Below, piece by piece: positions 13,562-25,749 of a stretch of 64,000 nt of DNA. The notes under the pieces are model-generated. The model did not search any database, was not told the DNA's origin, and saw nothing but the letters and a program-made list of their open reading frames with translations. Source of the stretch: Trichoplax sp. H2 (Eukaryota). Numbering within the stretch: position 1 is the first letter of the stretch; each line of letters starts with the position of its first letter. The position numbers and the translations under genes are program-made. The DNA lies in the NCBI GenBank assembly GCA_003344405.1, contig NOWV01000106.1, positions 186,001-250,000 on the forward strand, given 5' to 3'.

Positions 13562-14001
13562 TCAATCTTTTATGAAGAATCTCCATTGAGTAGTCATTTA
13601 CGATGTATTTTTAATAGTATTTATCTAAATATCCTATTACATAGTGCTGGCAATGATAATGTGATATTATAAGAAAGAATGAACAATTGCAGAAATATTG
13701 GAAGATTTTGCAATAGTGTACACTGCACGTTGTGTTATGATGGACTAATTTCATACCTTGATGCTTCTAATGATAATGCGCGTATTACTGATTTCTTGTA
13801 TCAAATTTCTGATTAATGATAGTTCTCAAGGCCATCTCATTGGCGATTGTGGTATTGACTAATTAATTTTGTATGAATACCTTGCTAAGATAGGGTAAAT
13901 AAAATTTTTCTTTGGCTTGTCATTTGTGTTCTATTATTTCCTAAAACATTAATTTTGGACAATATGATACACGTAATACCTTAATTGGCTTTGTTTTATA
14001 G

Positions 14002-14028
<27 letters not shown>
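14002..14028. repeat. (TA)n microsatellite
   Basis: ~13 TA units. Confidence 0.9.
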
Positions 14029-14032
<4 letters not shown>

Positions 14033-14971
14033 GCGTATATATAATAAATGATACTGTAATTGTGCTATAACAAGTATGATCACACATGTGTTGTATGATG
14101 TCCTGTAGTTGATAATATACTTTTTTGTTACACTGTTATAGTACTAAGATATTGCCTACTGTAACTGTGATATACTGTAGTATTATAGGATGCCGTATTA
14201 ATATTTGTTATTACTGTGCACAGTACGCGTATTGCATAACGTTGCAATATAAAATAGTATTGTTGCTTCATTTCTCTCGAATACATAACCTATTTCGCTG
14301 CGGATAGAGTTTTGCAGCATTTGATATTTCAGCCATTTATTAAAATTATTATTAATGAATTGGTTGCAATATTTTGCGTAACATATACTAGTATATATAC
14401 AATTTAGTATGTAGTACTGGCGATATGGAATAACGTTATTATTGTATGCTACTGTATATTTCACGTGAAGTAGAGCGAGCGGTACAAGTATATTAAGTTC
14501 ATTAATTACTATATAATAATCAACCATTCAAGATTTCTATGCACCATGATTACACGGTACTGTATCATTGAAATCTGATAATGCTGCTCTAAGATCTCAC
14601 TTCTGATGTGCAAAATAGTTTTTTGATGATGACTTCTTCAAAATACATATTATTAAAGCTATTAAAGGTCATCATCAACATGGCTGCCATACATATTGCT
14701 ATGCCTATGTAACGTCTTCATCATCATCGAGTTTTTACTGTACAGTATACAGTACCAGCGACTTCTACAGTACAGCAAGACTAATAGCGTACAAGTCTGA
14801 TTATTTTCGATGACATTCTTTCGTTTAAAAAATCAAAGTATTCCGTTGAAATTCCTGTTTAATATTTATTTTTTTATACCCGTAGAAGGATATCTTCACA
14901 GATAGTTTGGGCTTGATTTAACTTCCACAATTAAATTTTTTAGGGTGCCAACGAAATTAATCAGACTCAGT

Positions 14972-15312
14972 AGTGTACAGTGTACAGTACAAAGCGCACA
15001 GTACATACATTGTGAGACAAAATACTGTACTGTACAATATACTGTACTGTACAGTACACCCTTTTTTTACAAACCCAATTGTCACCCCCTGAAAGTATGT
15101 ACAGTACTATACTGTACACTCAGTGTACAGTACTGTACTGTAGCGAGTTCGGTTTGTACTGTACTGTACTCAGGGGGTGACAATTGGGTTTGTAAAGGGT
15201 TGTATGGGGCACGGCGACGATGTCTTCATCGCGGTGCTCGTACTCTTAGTGTTTTACATGTAAACTGCTCTACAGTACAGTGTACTGAACAGTACGGTAC
15301 AATAGACTGTAG
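14972..15312. repeat. TACTG/CAGTA cluster at the POLR2I 5' end
   Basis: Many tactgtac/gtacagta units; these produce the spurious YSTV/VLYC-rich ORF 14945-15430. Confidence 0.8.
15066..15196. mobile_element. MITE-like element with perfect 27-bp inverted repeats
   Basis: tttacaaacccaattgtcaccccctga (15066-15092) and its exact reverse complement (15170-15196) around a TACTG-rich spacer; no clear target-site duplication. Confidence 0.5.
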
Positions 15313-15532
15313 TATAAAAAAAGCTTTTATTTGCATGATCACTAACGGGATCGCTTTCGTACAGGATTGCTCCATCGAAGAAGCGCGTTTCCATTTGACG
15401 TCCTCTATCTTTAGATCAGTAAGTCTTTAATCGCTTTGAAGTACATTTACTCAATATCAGTTGAATACGCTGATATCCGATAATACTATTGGAAAAGAAA
15501 TTTTCTTTATTTGCCGTTAAAATTGGGTAGAT

Positions 15533-17152
15533 ATGAACGACTTTGCTTATGGTCGAACTGACTCTGGGCCTGCCTTTGTCGGGATTCAATTTTGTCAGGA
15601 ATGGTATGAAATACTACACATTTTTGAAGTGACATCCGATATTATTATTAAGTTTAGCTTGATGGTATCAATAGAATGAAAAGTAAATCGCAAGGATACT
15701 TAGGATTGACAAGACCCTTAATTTTTACTATGTTTTGTTATTGTGAACACAAACGGCAACGATTAGCAATAATATGTTATACCCTAAGGAAGATAAGGAG
15801 AATAAAGTCTTGCGATACATGGTAAGCATACTATACATCTTTCCTAAATTGATATTTTTTAATTTGGATAATTTTAATTGATGCTACAGTGTAGAAATTG
15901 TGAATATAGCCGAATTGCTGAAAATCCCTGCATATATGTTAACAAAATAACACATGAAATTAAGTAAGTTAATCCTGATGCTGAAACTTCAATGATATTG
16001 TAGCGTATTTTCGATCTACGCTTATATCAAGCTTAGGCCTCGGTTTTAGCAATAAAATCTGCGAAATATTTAACTTGTCCTACGGGTATTTATAGATTCT
16101 ACGTAGTAGTCCATCATTGATAGTCATAGCATTATACTGTACCGTACTATCTCAATATTCTTGGCTTAGCAAGTTTAATTACTAGACGCGTATGTAATAA
16201 GCTATTTTAAAATTTTGTACCAGTGCACTGTGTGTTATGTAATTCCGTGATCAATTTCATTCATTGAAATTGATCTTAATGGTGTACCTTGCATTTAAGA
16301 TCTGTAACGTACAGAACAGTTCAATTTAGGTTTGTTTAGCGTGTGCTCTACTGTCTACTCTGTCGAATCGTACACGAACGCATTTACGTATCTGTATACG
16401 TTTATAATGCGAATACATGTTTACTGCTGTACACATTTGGAATCTGTAGAATGATAAACTTGCATAACTGTAGATATTATCCGGGTATCAACGAAATGAA
16501 AAGTTGTTGTAAAAATGATATGAGATAATGCGTAGAAAAGTCAAATGTTTCAATATATACTTGTGATAATATTTTTCAAAATTTCGAACTTTTACAAAAA
16601 TTTTGATCTGCTTTGCGTCTTCGGTGCTCTTGATTTTTGATATAGCGAATTAACTCAAATTATAGCTGATGTAGTTGCTGATCCTACGCTGCCTCGAACG
16701 CGTGAGCATGCCTGTCCTAAGTAAGTTTCGAACCAACATCGACATCGCTATAGTTAAATCTTAACAAGACAGCGTATATCAAAATCCGATATAATAAGAA
16801 TTTGCCTTGCACATATATATTTAACTCAAATTATAGTTTTACAAATACCATCTACATCATAATTTGGCACTTTCCATATCTAAGAGTTTTTCGTTATTTT
16901 AGATGCATGGAACGAGAAGCTGTCTTCTTTCAAGCACAGTCGACGTTAGCAGAGGTATGTAGTATTTGTGTTGGCTTAGCGATATCAAATCTTGATACTC
17001 TGAATTATAGAAAACTTGAAATGTGTAGTATAAGATGAAGGAGATAATGCTTCATTTTCAATTGAAAACTTGTGTCTCTTATCTCGTAGGATAATATGAA
17101 GTTATATTATGTATGCTCTGTTCAAGGATGTGGTCATCGGTGGACAGAATGA
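15533..17152 (+). CDS. POLR2I: RNA polymerase II subunit RPB9 (6 exons)
   Basis: Exons ~15533-15603, 15767-15821, 15890-15963, 16646-16720, 16903-16954, 17090-17152 give GIQFCQECNNMLYPKEDK...CRNC...ADPTLPRT...CPKC...EAVFFQ...MKLYYVC...CGHRWTE*. Almost entirely missing from the ORF track. Confidence 0.97.
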
Positions 17153-17949
17153 GAGTGAACGATTCAGTATACTTACCGTAATTTTAATATGTTGTATGTT
17201 TCGTAAAGTGGTCGAATACGCGAGTGCATAGGTGCTTATATCAAAGTCTTGATGATGATTTACGGGCAAAGTAAATTATATTTCGACAGTTGACAGCATG
17301 CACATACTCATATAGTAAATTTCACTTCAAGTTTTTTTGTAGTATTGCTGTAAATATAGTTACTGCTTAACAAATGTTAAATGTATATGTATATCTCACA
17401 CACTTATATTAAAAGAAAAGACTGCTGATTCATATGTCAATTTTATGCGGTATATCAATTTACGCAGGATTTTCATATTCATTAAGAAATAGTTTAATCC
17501 TATAGTCCAATCACCGATTTAACGTGTTACAACATGGCAGAGTAAGACAAAAATTGCAAATGAGCTTTTTTGTCTTGGGCAATTTCAATCGCAGCAATTA
17601 GTTAAATCAGAAAGTAATAGTTTACTTTTGATAATGCAGCAGATTTTATCATGCGGTATCAATACCGACAATGAATGTACATCGCTACATTACTCCATAC
17701 TCGTAGTAATAAGTACTTCGGATAGTTCAAACATGGATCTATCAATGGAAATATTCTCCTCTGATTACATTACTAGCAAATCGTAAAAAAACTCTCCTTT
17801 TAATCTACTACTATATTCCAGTTTTCATGTTACTTTTTGCAGTACTATAAATTCATTCATAATAATGATCTATAATTTTCATAACACTAAATAAGCTACA
17901 TTCTCTTGAGGTAAACCAGTAGTAAAAAATTTTAAGGCGCTGTAATAGA

Positions 17950-20900
17950 TCAGACGGCGGTATCGTCCTTTGCTGGGCTTTTCACTGGCGCTGGGCTTTT
18001 TACTGGCGCTGGACTTTTTACTGGCGATTTAGCGGGAATCCTCTATAATGATTCATGCAGTATAATATTAGATCAATTATACCAATAACGTATGATTGTG
18101 CGCATAAAAATGCAGGTACAAAACAATTAGTTTATTTAAACTACCTTGGTTGATCCAACGTGTTTGGCATTAGTAATCTTTTCTGCTAGTTCCCGCTTAG
18201 TCTAATTTTTGATTTGATGTTCATGAGTGAAAAAATATTATATAAATAACAAAGATGACTATGATTAGGATGTTACCTTTGCCAAATCATCTGCTAGTTT
18301 GCTGTGCTGAGCTTCTAAAGAACGGTAAGCTTCATCTCGAGCAGTTAGAGCTTTCGATTTCTGATCCAGTATCGTATCCGCCGACGAAAGCTTCGATTTT
18401 ACCTAATTTTTGATATTATAAACATACCGTATAAAATTAGTATTTGACTGTACTAATTTAACTAATGGTGGTATAGTTTTGGTTGTACCTCATCTAATTC
18501 TTTGCGTACATCCTAAAAGTAAGTAAAAAAGGTAACAAAAATTATGGTATATTTTTCAATAATATTTAAGGAATCGATCGATAGAGATATCAACCAACGA
18601 AATGATTAAATAAAAAATAAATATTTTTATAAGTTTGCAATTACAACGTACTTGCATATCATCATTGTTCTTTTCCAATTTCTGTAAATATGTACAAATA
18701 TGAAACAACGTTATTTTTTGTTTACTATTATAGATATTTTTTAGAAATACATTAGAATGACATACAGTGAGTTTTTCTTTAAGTTTCGAAGCAGCCACTC
18801 TTTCTGCAATCAAATCTTGATTATATTTATTCGCTGTACTGCCAGTCTTGAATATTATTTTATTAAAAAGAATAATTTAGCGTTAAAGTAGAATTTATCA
18901 ACTGCTATAATATACAGTAGTAGTTGTACCTTAGCTAATTCAGTCTGCAGTTGTTTCAGCTCTACCCTCAATTTACCCGTTTTATCTTGAGACTCCGCTA
19001 CTGCTATTTCCAGCTGAAGGAATAAAAATTTATCGTAACGCTCTTGTAATACTGCAATTACAACAATACTTTAAGTAATTGTAGAATACATACTTTTTTG
19101 GAATTTGCAGTTAAATCATTATTACGCGAATGTTCTTTGTCTAACTCCTTCAATGAATTTTCAAGCTTGTCACTTATTTCCTAAATTTATTATATATTGT
19201 AAATACATTAATAAAATAAGTATTGAAAGATTAGTTGGATCTGAAATAAGATTATACCTTCATATTCAATTCATAACGATGACATTTGTCCTTTTCCTGT
19301 TTAATATCATCCTTAAGCTTTTGTACCTGTTGAAAGACCAATTATAACAGAATATAAATAAAATATTTTCACCGTAGTATTATTTAAATGCATTCGTATA
19401 CATTAACCTCAATTTTTAGCGTTTCTTGCAAGATTTCAGTAGACTTATTACTGGTAGCTTGCTGTTTGATCTGTAATTCATAGGAATTAATGAAAACATG
19501 CATATGTTAAAAAGACATAATAGCTACAATAACACGATATTTAGCTAATTTTTTATCATGTTTATTAAACCTCGTTCTCTTTTTCTTTGTTAAGTTGTGC
19601 TATTTGATTTTTCAAGTTCGCTTCATTGTCCGAAGATGTCTTTAGCAATTTTTGATAATTATCTACCTGTAATTTAAAACGAAGCAGATCAATTAAATTA
19701 ACAAGGTTGCGTCATGAAGTTCCAGGATGATAAGTAAAATAATACAGTAGTTCTTTTGAGATGTAATTAACCTCAGCGCGCAGCTTCTTTTCCATCTGAG
19801 TAGCTTTAGAGGTTATATTATCGCAGAAATTTTTAACACCATTGCCAAAGTGAACTGTCCAGTTGGTTATGTCCTAAAAATAATCATGGAAATATAACGT
19901 TAAAATCCATTTTAATGAGCTATAAGTTTTTGTAAAATAGATTGTGATCATCAAATTTTGTACACTCACTAGCGAAGCATCCTCTTTCACTTCGGGGAAA
20001 GAATTTTTCAAGTGTGCCTTTAAGAATACATAATTGATATGATATTTAACATATTGCTACATCATTTTTATTATATTGAATGAATAAAATAGTTTACTTT
20101 CGGTATTGATAGAAGTAAAATACTTTATTATTTCTAATATCACTCCTTTATAAGAAGTGATATAATGTACGATTAAGTGTGCGAATACCTTAGTCACCGT
20201 ATGAACTTGTTGTAATTTATCTTCAACCTTTTTCAATTGCTGTCATTAGATTAAAATTGTACTGAATTAGGGCAAATAGCAGATCTACGCATATACTTTT
20301 ACTTATAATAATAAATTAATTTTGATAGACTTACTGCATCATTATTTGTGATGTTATGACGTAAGTCACTTATGGATTTCTCTTTAGCTTTAATCTCTGA
20401 TTCCAACACCGTTATTTTTTGATCTTTTTCCGTGATTACTTTCTCTGTAGATTTTTGCAGATCATTTATCGAGTTTGTCTTTTGTGACAATGCTTCTTCT
20501 AAAGATTTGATCGTTAAATCTCGATTTTTAATGTCAGTTTGCATGTTATTGTAAGCTTCTTGAGTAGTTGCTTCTTGCTGAAGTAACAAGTTATTCTGTT
20601 GCAAAAGTTGATCTTTGTCTTTTGAGAGATTTCCTAATTTTAAAGTGGACTCCTTAAGTTTCTTTTTGATTTCATCCAGCTCCGATCTTAGCGCATCCAT
20701 TGCATTATCTTTGTTGGCATTATCAGTATTATTATTTTCAGCAGAATGAGCATTCTCTCTTATATTAGTTTGTAAGTTTTGTAGCGTATTTTCTTTTTCC
20801 GTTATAATCTTTTGTAATTCTTCACATTTCTTTTGTAGTTCCTTCTGCTTTCGTTCTGAATCTTGTCTTGTGATAGTTGATCTTTTTATCTCTTCATTTA

Positions 20901-23900
20901 AATTCTTGATAGACTTCTATCAAATAAACATATATAATAAAGTCAGTTATAAAGTATTTAACTTTTCGTACTAGAGTTTTATATAAAAGTCGTAGCAGTA
21001 GCATACATCTTTTTCTTTTTCAAATACATCCAATTTTGATAGTAATCCCTGCATATAAAAGAATGAATGAGCATTTTGTGAGTAGACTTCGAATATTATG
21101 GATGGATAATATCAATATATACAGGTAGTACTTACCTCAACTGTTTTAGTTATGGTAGCGATATTGCTCTTCTGATTTACAATATCATTTCGTATTACTT
21201 CACATCGATCGCCAATGGTTTTGCTAGATTTTGAAATCACTTGGAATTTGCTGATACTAGTTGAAACAGCCTCAGCAATTTCATGTAAACGTTTTATTAC
21301 AATTTCTTCGTCTTCAGTTTGTGGTATTAAAGCTTTGGTGAGAGGTACAAGTTTAGCTACGTGCAGTTCGTTCGCACATTGTACTAACTCATCTTTAAAA
21401 GCCGTAATATATTCAAGTGTCTTATTTCCAGATACATGAGGCTAGATATTAAATAGGAATTTAAGTTCCGTATTACTTATGCAGCTTATATTGTACGGTG
21501 TAAATATTACTATTAATCCTTATTCAAACCTTTTCTGCTTTATCACTTTTATATTTATCTAGTTGTTGTTCCAAACTCCTTATTTTATCTTGACATCTTC
21601 TTAATGTATTGTCTTTTTGTGTACTTTCTTGAAGTATATCGTTTAATTTCTGATTAGATGATTTCAACGATTCATTTAGCTGTTTATTAGTTGTTTGACT
21701 GAAATTTAAAGGATTGAATAGTATTAATTTATAAATACTTAAGCACGCGGTTTAAAATTTATTGTAAATATCGCTAATTGTTACTTAATAAATGCTTACA
21801 GTTGTTCAAGGTCGTTCGGTATCTTTGAATAAAAAAGTTAACAATTATATTAGTTAGTCATTAATACATTTATACTATTAAAACGGCAATTTAAGCATAA
21901 AAATTTTTAATACTGCACATAATCACAGCCTTAGCAATAAGCATTCATAGATAAACTTGAATTAATTCATTCTTAAATAAAGGCATACTTGATCTGGTAA
22001 CTTTTTCGGGGATGTCTTTTGCCGTAATGCAAGTAATTGTTCCTTCAATTCGGCTATTTCTTTTACCTTCAGCGAGCATGTAGGAGTTAGTAATAATTCT
22101 TGATCAATAATAACATCGTATAAAATTGTACCCGTATTGCTAAATAGAATAAAGTAGCTATGTACATACCTGTGCAGCAATTTTGTTATTAGCTTTGTTA
22201 TAAAGACTGTCGCGTTTCACTCGTTCTTCGCTTAATTGGTTTCTATTAAATGATTCACCATTATATATACAAAAAATTATATATTCAATAAATCTTTATA
22301 TAAGGTGTCCAATTAGAGGGGAAAAAATAATAGATCTATATATTACGAGATTTAGTAATAGTTTATCGCGTTACAAATTGTTTACTACTACATTTTCTTT
22401 TATTTAACTACCTAATTATTTATCATATTTATCATTCTAATTTTACTATATCTATCTTTGTAAGAATAACCTGATGTCCTTGATTTGCTTTAAAAAGTTA
22501 CGATTGCTTTCTTTTTCTATAATAAAAATTATATTAAAAATTAATTTTATTAGTTATGTTGCTAATATTACAGTATAACTTCTAGTAACACAATTCAAAT
22601 AATAAAAAGTCTAGTCGTTCTTGTCATGCCTTGAGTTAGTTCTGCTTCTTTAATTTGCAATTGTTTTCTTATGCTAACAATGCCAGCGCCTTTCACGGAA
22701 GACTAATTTAAAGAATATAAAGCAATTCATCAGTGTTAGCGTCCAAAGGCTAACTCTTTTAAAAAATTTAGAACTATACACAGTATAAAATGTAATTCAT
22801 AACGACAACATCAGTAAAAAAATTTAAACTTTATTAGCAAACCTTTTGCCATGTTCCATCTGATTGCTTCTCTAACAAATGATCAATTACTAGTTGAATC
22901 TCTTCTTCAGTAAAAGTAGAAGAATCCAATCTTTTCACAATATCGTTAGCTGTAGCGCCTTCACCTGATCAAGAAGATTTGAATGTATATCAATGCATTC
23001 ATATTGAATTAAATTTCGTACTAATAACAATGTTTACGATATACAATCGATATAAGAATCTGGTATAGTATACGGTTGCATGATAACTATGGTACTTTTA
23101 TTCAAAACGAATATATAAGATAGCATCAAAATTAATGCCGAGATCTATCAGAATGTCAGATATTTTAAAGATATTATAAATTACTAAAAATATCCTGATT
23201 TATAGTTTTGTCAATGTACGATTCAAGAATATATATATTTTACTAAAATATCGAATCAGGTGTCAAATTCTATTTAACCATATGCGTTATTTTATGTATT
23301 TACAGCATGGGTAAACACTTGTTCACTACGTTCACACTTCCAGCTACTCTAATTTTACCTGCTATCCTACTAAACTTTGCAGTATGCTACATAGCGCTCT
23401 AAATTTAAAACGTTCCTGATAATAGAATCTTTCATAGGTGTAGATCAGAATTATACGCACAACATTGTAAGTGATTTTATTGACTTTTAGTAACGTTGAT
23501 TCTTTGTTACTATGCCCATGGTAATCAATCTTCTCAGTATTTGGTAGTTTTAATTTTTAAAACTATCTATTTTAATAATTAACTACTTCTGGACAGAATT
23601 GTTACAATTTCATCATGTGTAAGAGGATTTATTTACCTTGACGGGTAGTTTTCTTTCGCTTGTTAGATTGGCTCAATTTCTGTTCAGTTGGTAGTGATCT
23701 TTTATTTCGAACTTCGCTGGCAGATTTTCCATCATCGAGACTCTTGGCATTTGTAGTTTGATTTACATCTGCTATTTTACTTCCAGTAGTTTGCTTTGAT
23801 TCTGTAGGCACTTTTTGCTGGCTTTTAATCACAGATGCACTGGGATTTTTATCCGACTTGACAGAAGTCTTTTTGACTTCACCATTTGCAGTTATTGTGC

Positions 23901-24363
23901 TAGATAATCCAGTTTTACCGGACTTCTTGGACGAGTGATCCTGTTTCGCTGTAGTATCTTTAGTTTTGTTGGCCGTATGTTTTTGCTTTTCATTAGCTAC
24001 TGTTACCTTCTCGTTAGTTTTTGATTTTATATCATTTGAATTATGGTCATTTTGGTTGCTAGCCTGCACAACACTATGACCAGATTCATTATTGGAATGG
24101 CTAACTGATGTAGATTGCTGTTGATCGAGGCTGGCGTGAGTTAAGCTGCTCTCGTCACCACTGTCATTTTTTTTCTTTCTTTTAATATGCTTAATAGAAC
24201 GATTCTTCTTACTACCTTTACTGGTAGTTTGGGCTAGTTCATATTGCTGTTGCTCTGCAATAGCTTGATCGTAACTTTTTTCTCCAGTGGTAAATAAGGT
24301 CCAAATTACAAAAGAAACAATACCGCATCCTATCAATGCGCTAATGATTATTGTGATTTCCAT
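17950..24363 (-). CDS. RRBP1: Ribosome-binding protein 1 (p180)/kinectin-like ER-anchored coiled-coil protein
   Basis: N-terminal TM then TGEKSYDQAIAEQQ (cf. the family SYEEALAxQ motif), a Lys-rich segment, and a long multi-exon coiled coil with micro-exons. Last exon RIPAKSPVKSPAPVKSPAPVKSPAKDDTAV*. Co-ortholog of RRBP1/KTN1 by inference; internal exons not all mapped. Confidence 0.75.
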
Positions 24364-24927
24364 TCGTACTACCTAAATGAGTAGATTAGTCGGTTTTACT
24401 CGATTATTCTACACAGTCGATATTATATAATTACGCTATATGTACTGCAAGTTAGAAAAAAGTGATACCAGACTTTCACATTTACTTTGATTTTAACTTT
24501 TTCAGTATAAAAAAAAGTCAAAACAAGGATAATTACTTGTAATTCTATGAGATCTTGAGCACGCTGTAGTTAAAGTAGAGTTGTGAATGATAGCTGCTAC
24601 CTGCCGGCACCAGGCTCGATGTCGACTTGGCCTCACAATAGATTTTGGATTCTATCTAAAAAGATTTGAAGTGATAATTCATTTTAGTACTTAAGTACGT
24701 ATTTACTGGACAAATAAAAGAAAAATTGTTTTTATAATACCGTGTAGAATGTTTTTAAGTTATTAATATTGAAATACTGTAGATACTATATCATTTAATT
24801 ATTCAATGCACGAGTACGTCGATCATTTCAGTCCATATTACCAGTCAATATAGACAGAAATCAAACATCTAGATTAAAAGCGATGGACTGTACTGTAAAA
24901 CGCATGTAAAACGTGTAACTGGGAATC

Positions 24928-25037
24928 GATAGCAATACTAAGCTTGATATATACCGTACGTTTTGGTCAGTAATGATTAGTAATGATAGCAATACTAAGC
25001 TTGATATATACCGTACGTTTTGGTCAGTAATGATTAG
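24928..25037. repeat. Perfect 2-copy tandem duplication (57-bp period) in the RRBP1 5' region
   Basis: gatagcaatactaagcttgatatataccgtacgttttggtcagtaatgattag at 24928 and 24985. Confidence 0.9.
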
Positions 25038-25624
25038 CGTAGGTGGTAGTGAATGTTAATAAATGACAGTGGATGATATCTTAATTAGTAGCTGTTTAGT
25101 TTATTATCCCTACAACGAAGAGACGCGAGAGTCATCTAATGTTAAGCGGTTCACTGTCACTAAGTTAGAACTTACCGTAGCAGTACCGTATCTTGTACTC
25201 TAAAATGTAAAATGTTGCTATTCAATGTCAGCTTTGAACGTGCAATGTAGATGTCAAGTGGTGAAAGTAGGCTCGATTCTATTTACGGATTTGAATATAA
25301 GGTCCAGAGTCCAGAGCAGGAATGAACCTGCTTAACTTTGTACAGAGGCGTCGACTATATGCCGTGCGAATAAAGCGTGTAGACTGTAGAGTATTATCCT
25401 TCTGATCGTGCATGCTGTATTCGGACTGTGCTACCTTATTTAAGGGCGTTGAAATATGATTTGATATATTTGTTAGCTTTTCCATTTGTGATAATATTGC
25501 AAATGTTGTCTCAAAGTGAAGTTAATTTCTTCCTATTCTCACTATCACTGCCGTTACTGAATATTCACTGATAATACATAATAGTCTATCTATTCTAAAA
25601 AAGTACAATAGCTCCTGTAACCAC

Positions 25625-25691
25625 TATACTGTACTGTACTGTAGCGTGTGTTTATTTAAGAAAAGTAAAGTTACAGTACAGTATACTGTAG
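25625..25691. repeat. TACTG/CAGTA cluster (likely RRBP1 or bidirectional promoter region)
   Basis: tatactgtactgtactgtag and tacagtacagtatactgtag; candidate minus-strand 5'UTR donors at ~25175, ~24740, ~24536. Confidence 0.65.
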
Positions 25692-25749
25692 TTAACTATT
25701 TCTAAATTAAAGCCAATAGAGTCCATTTTGTTGCTAGCTTTGGAACATT

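Noticed and set aside
14945-15430. 161-aa ORF, and similar ORFs at 30082-30675 and 60204-60624
   Set aside because: Largely translations of the TACTG pentamer arrays (YSTV/VLYC); no protein features
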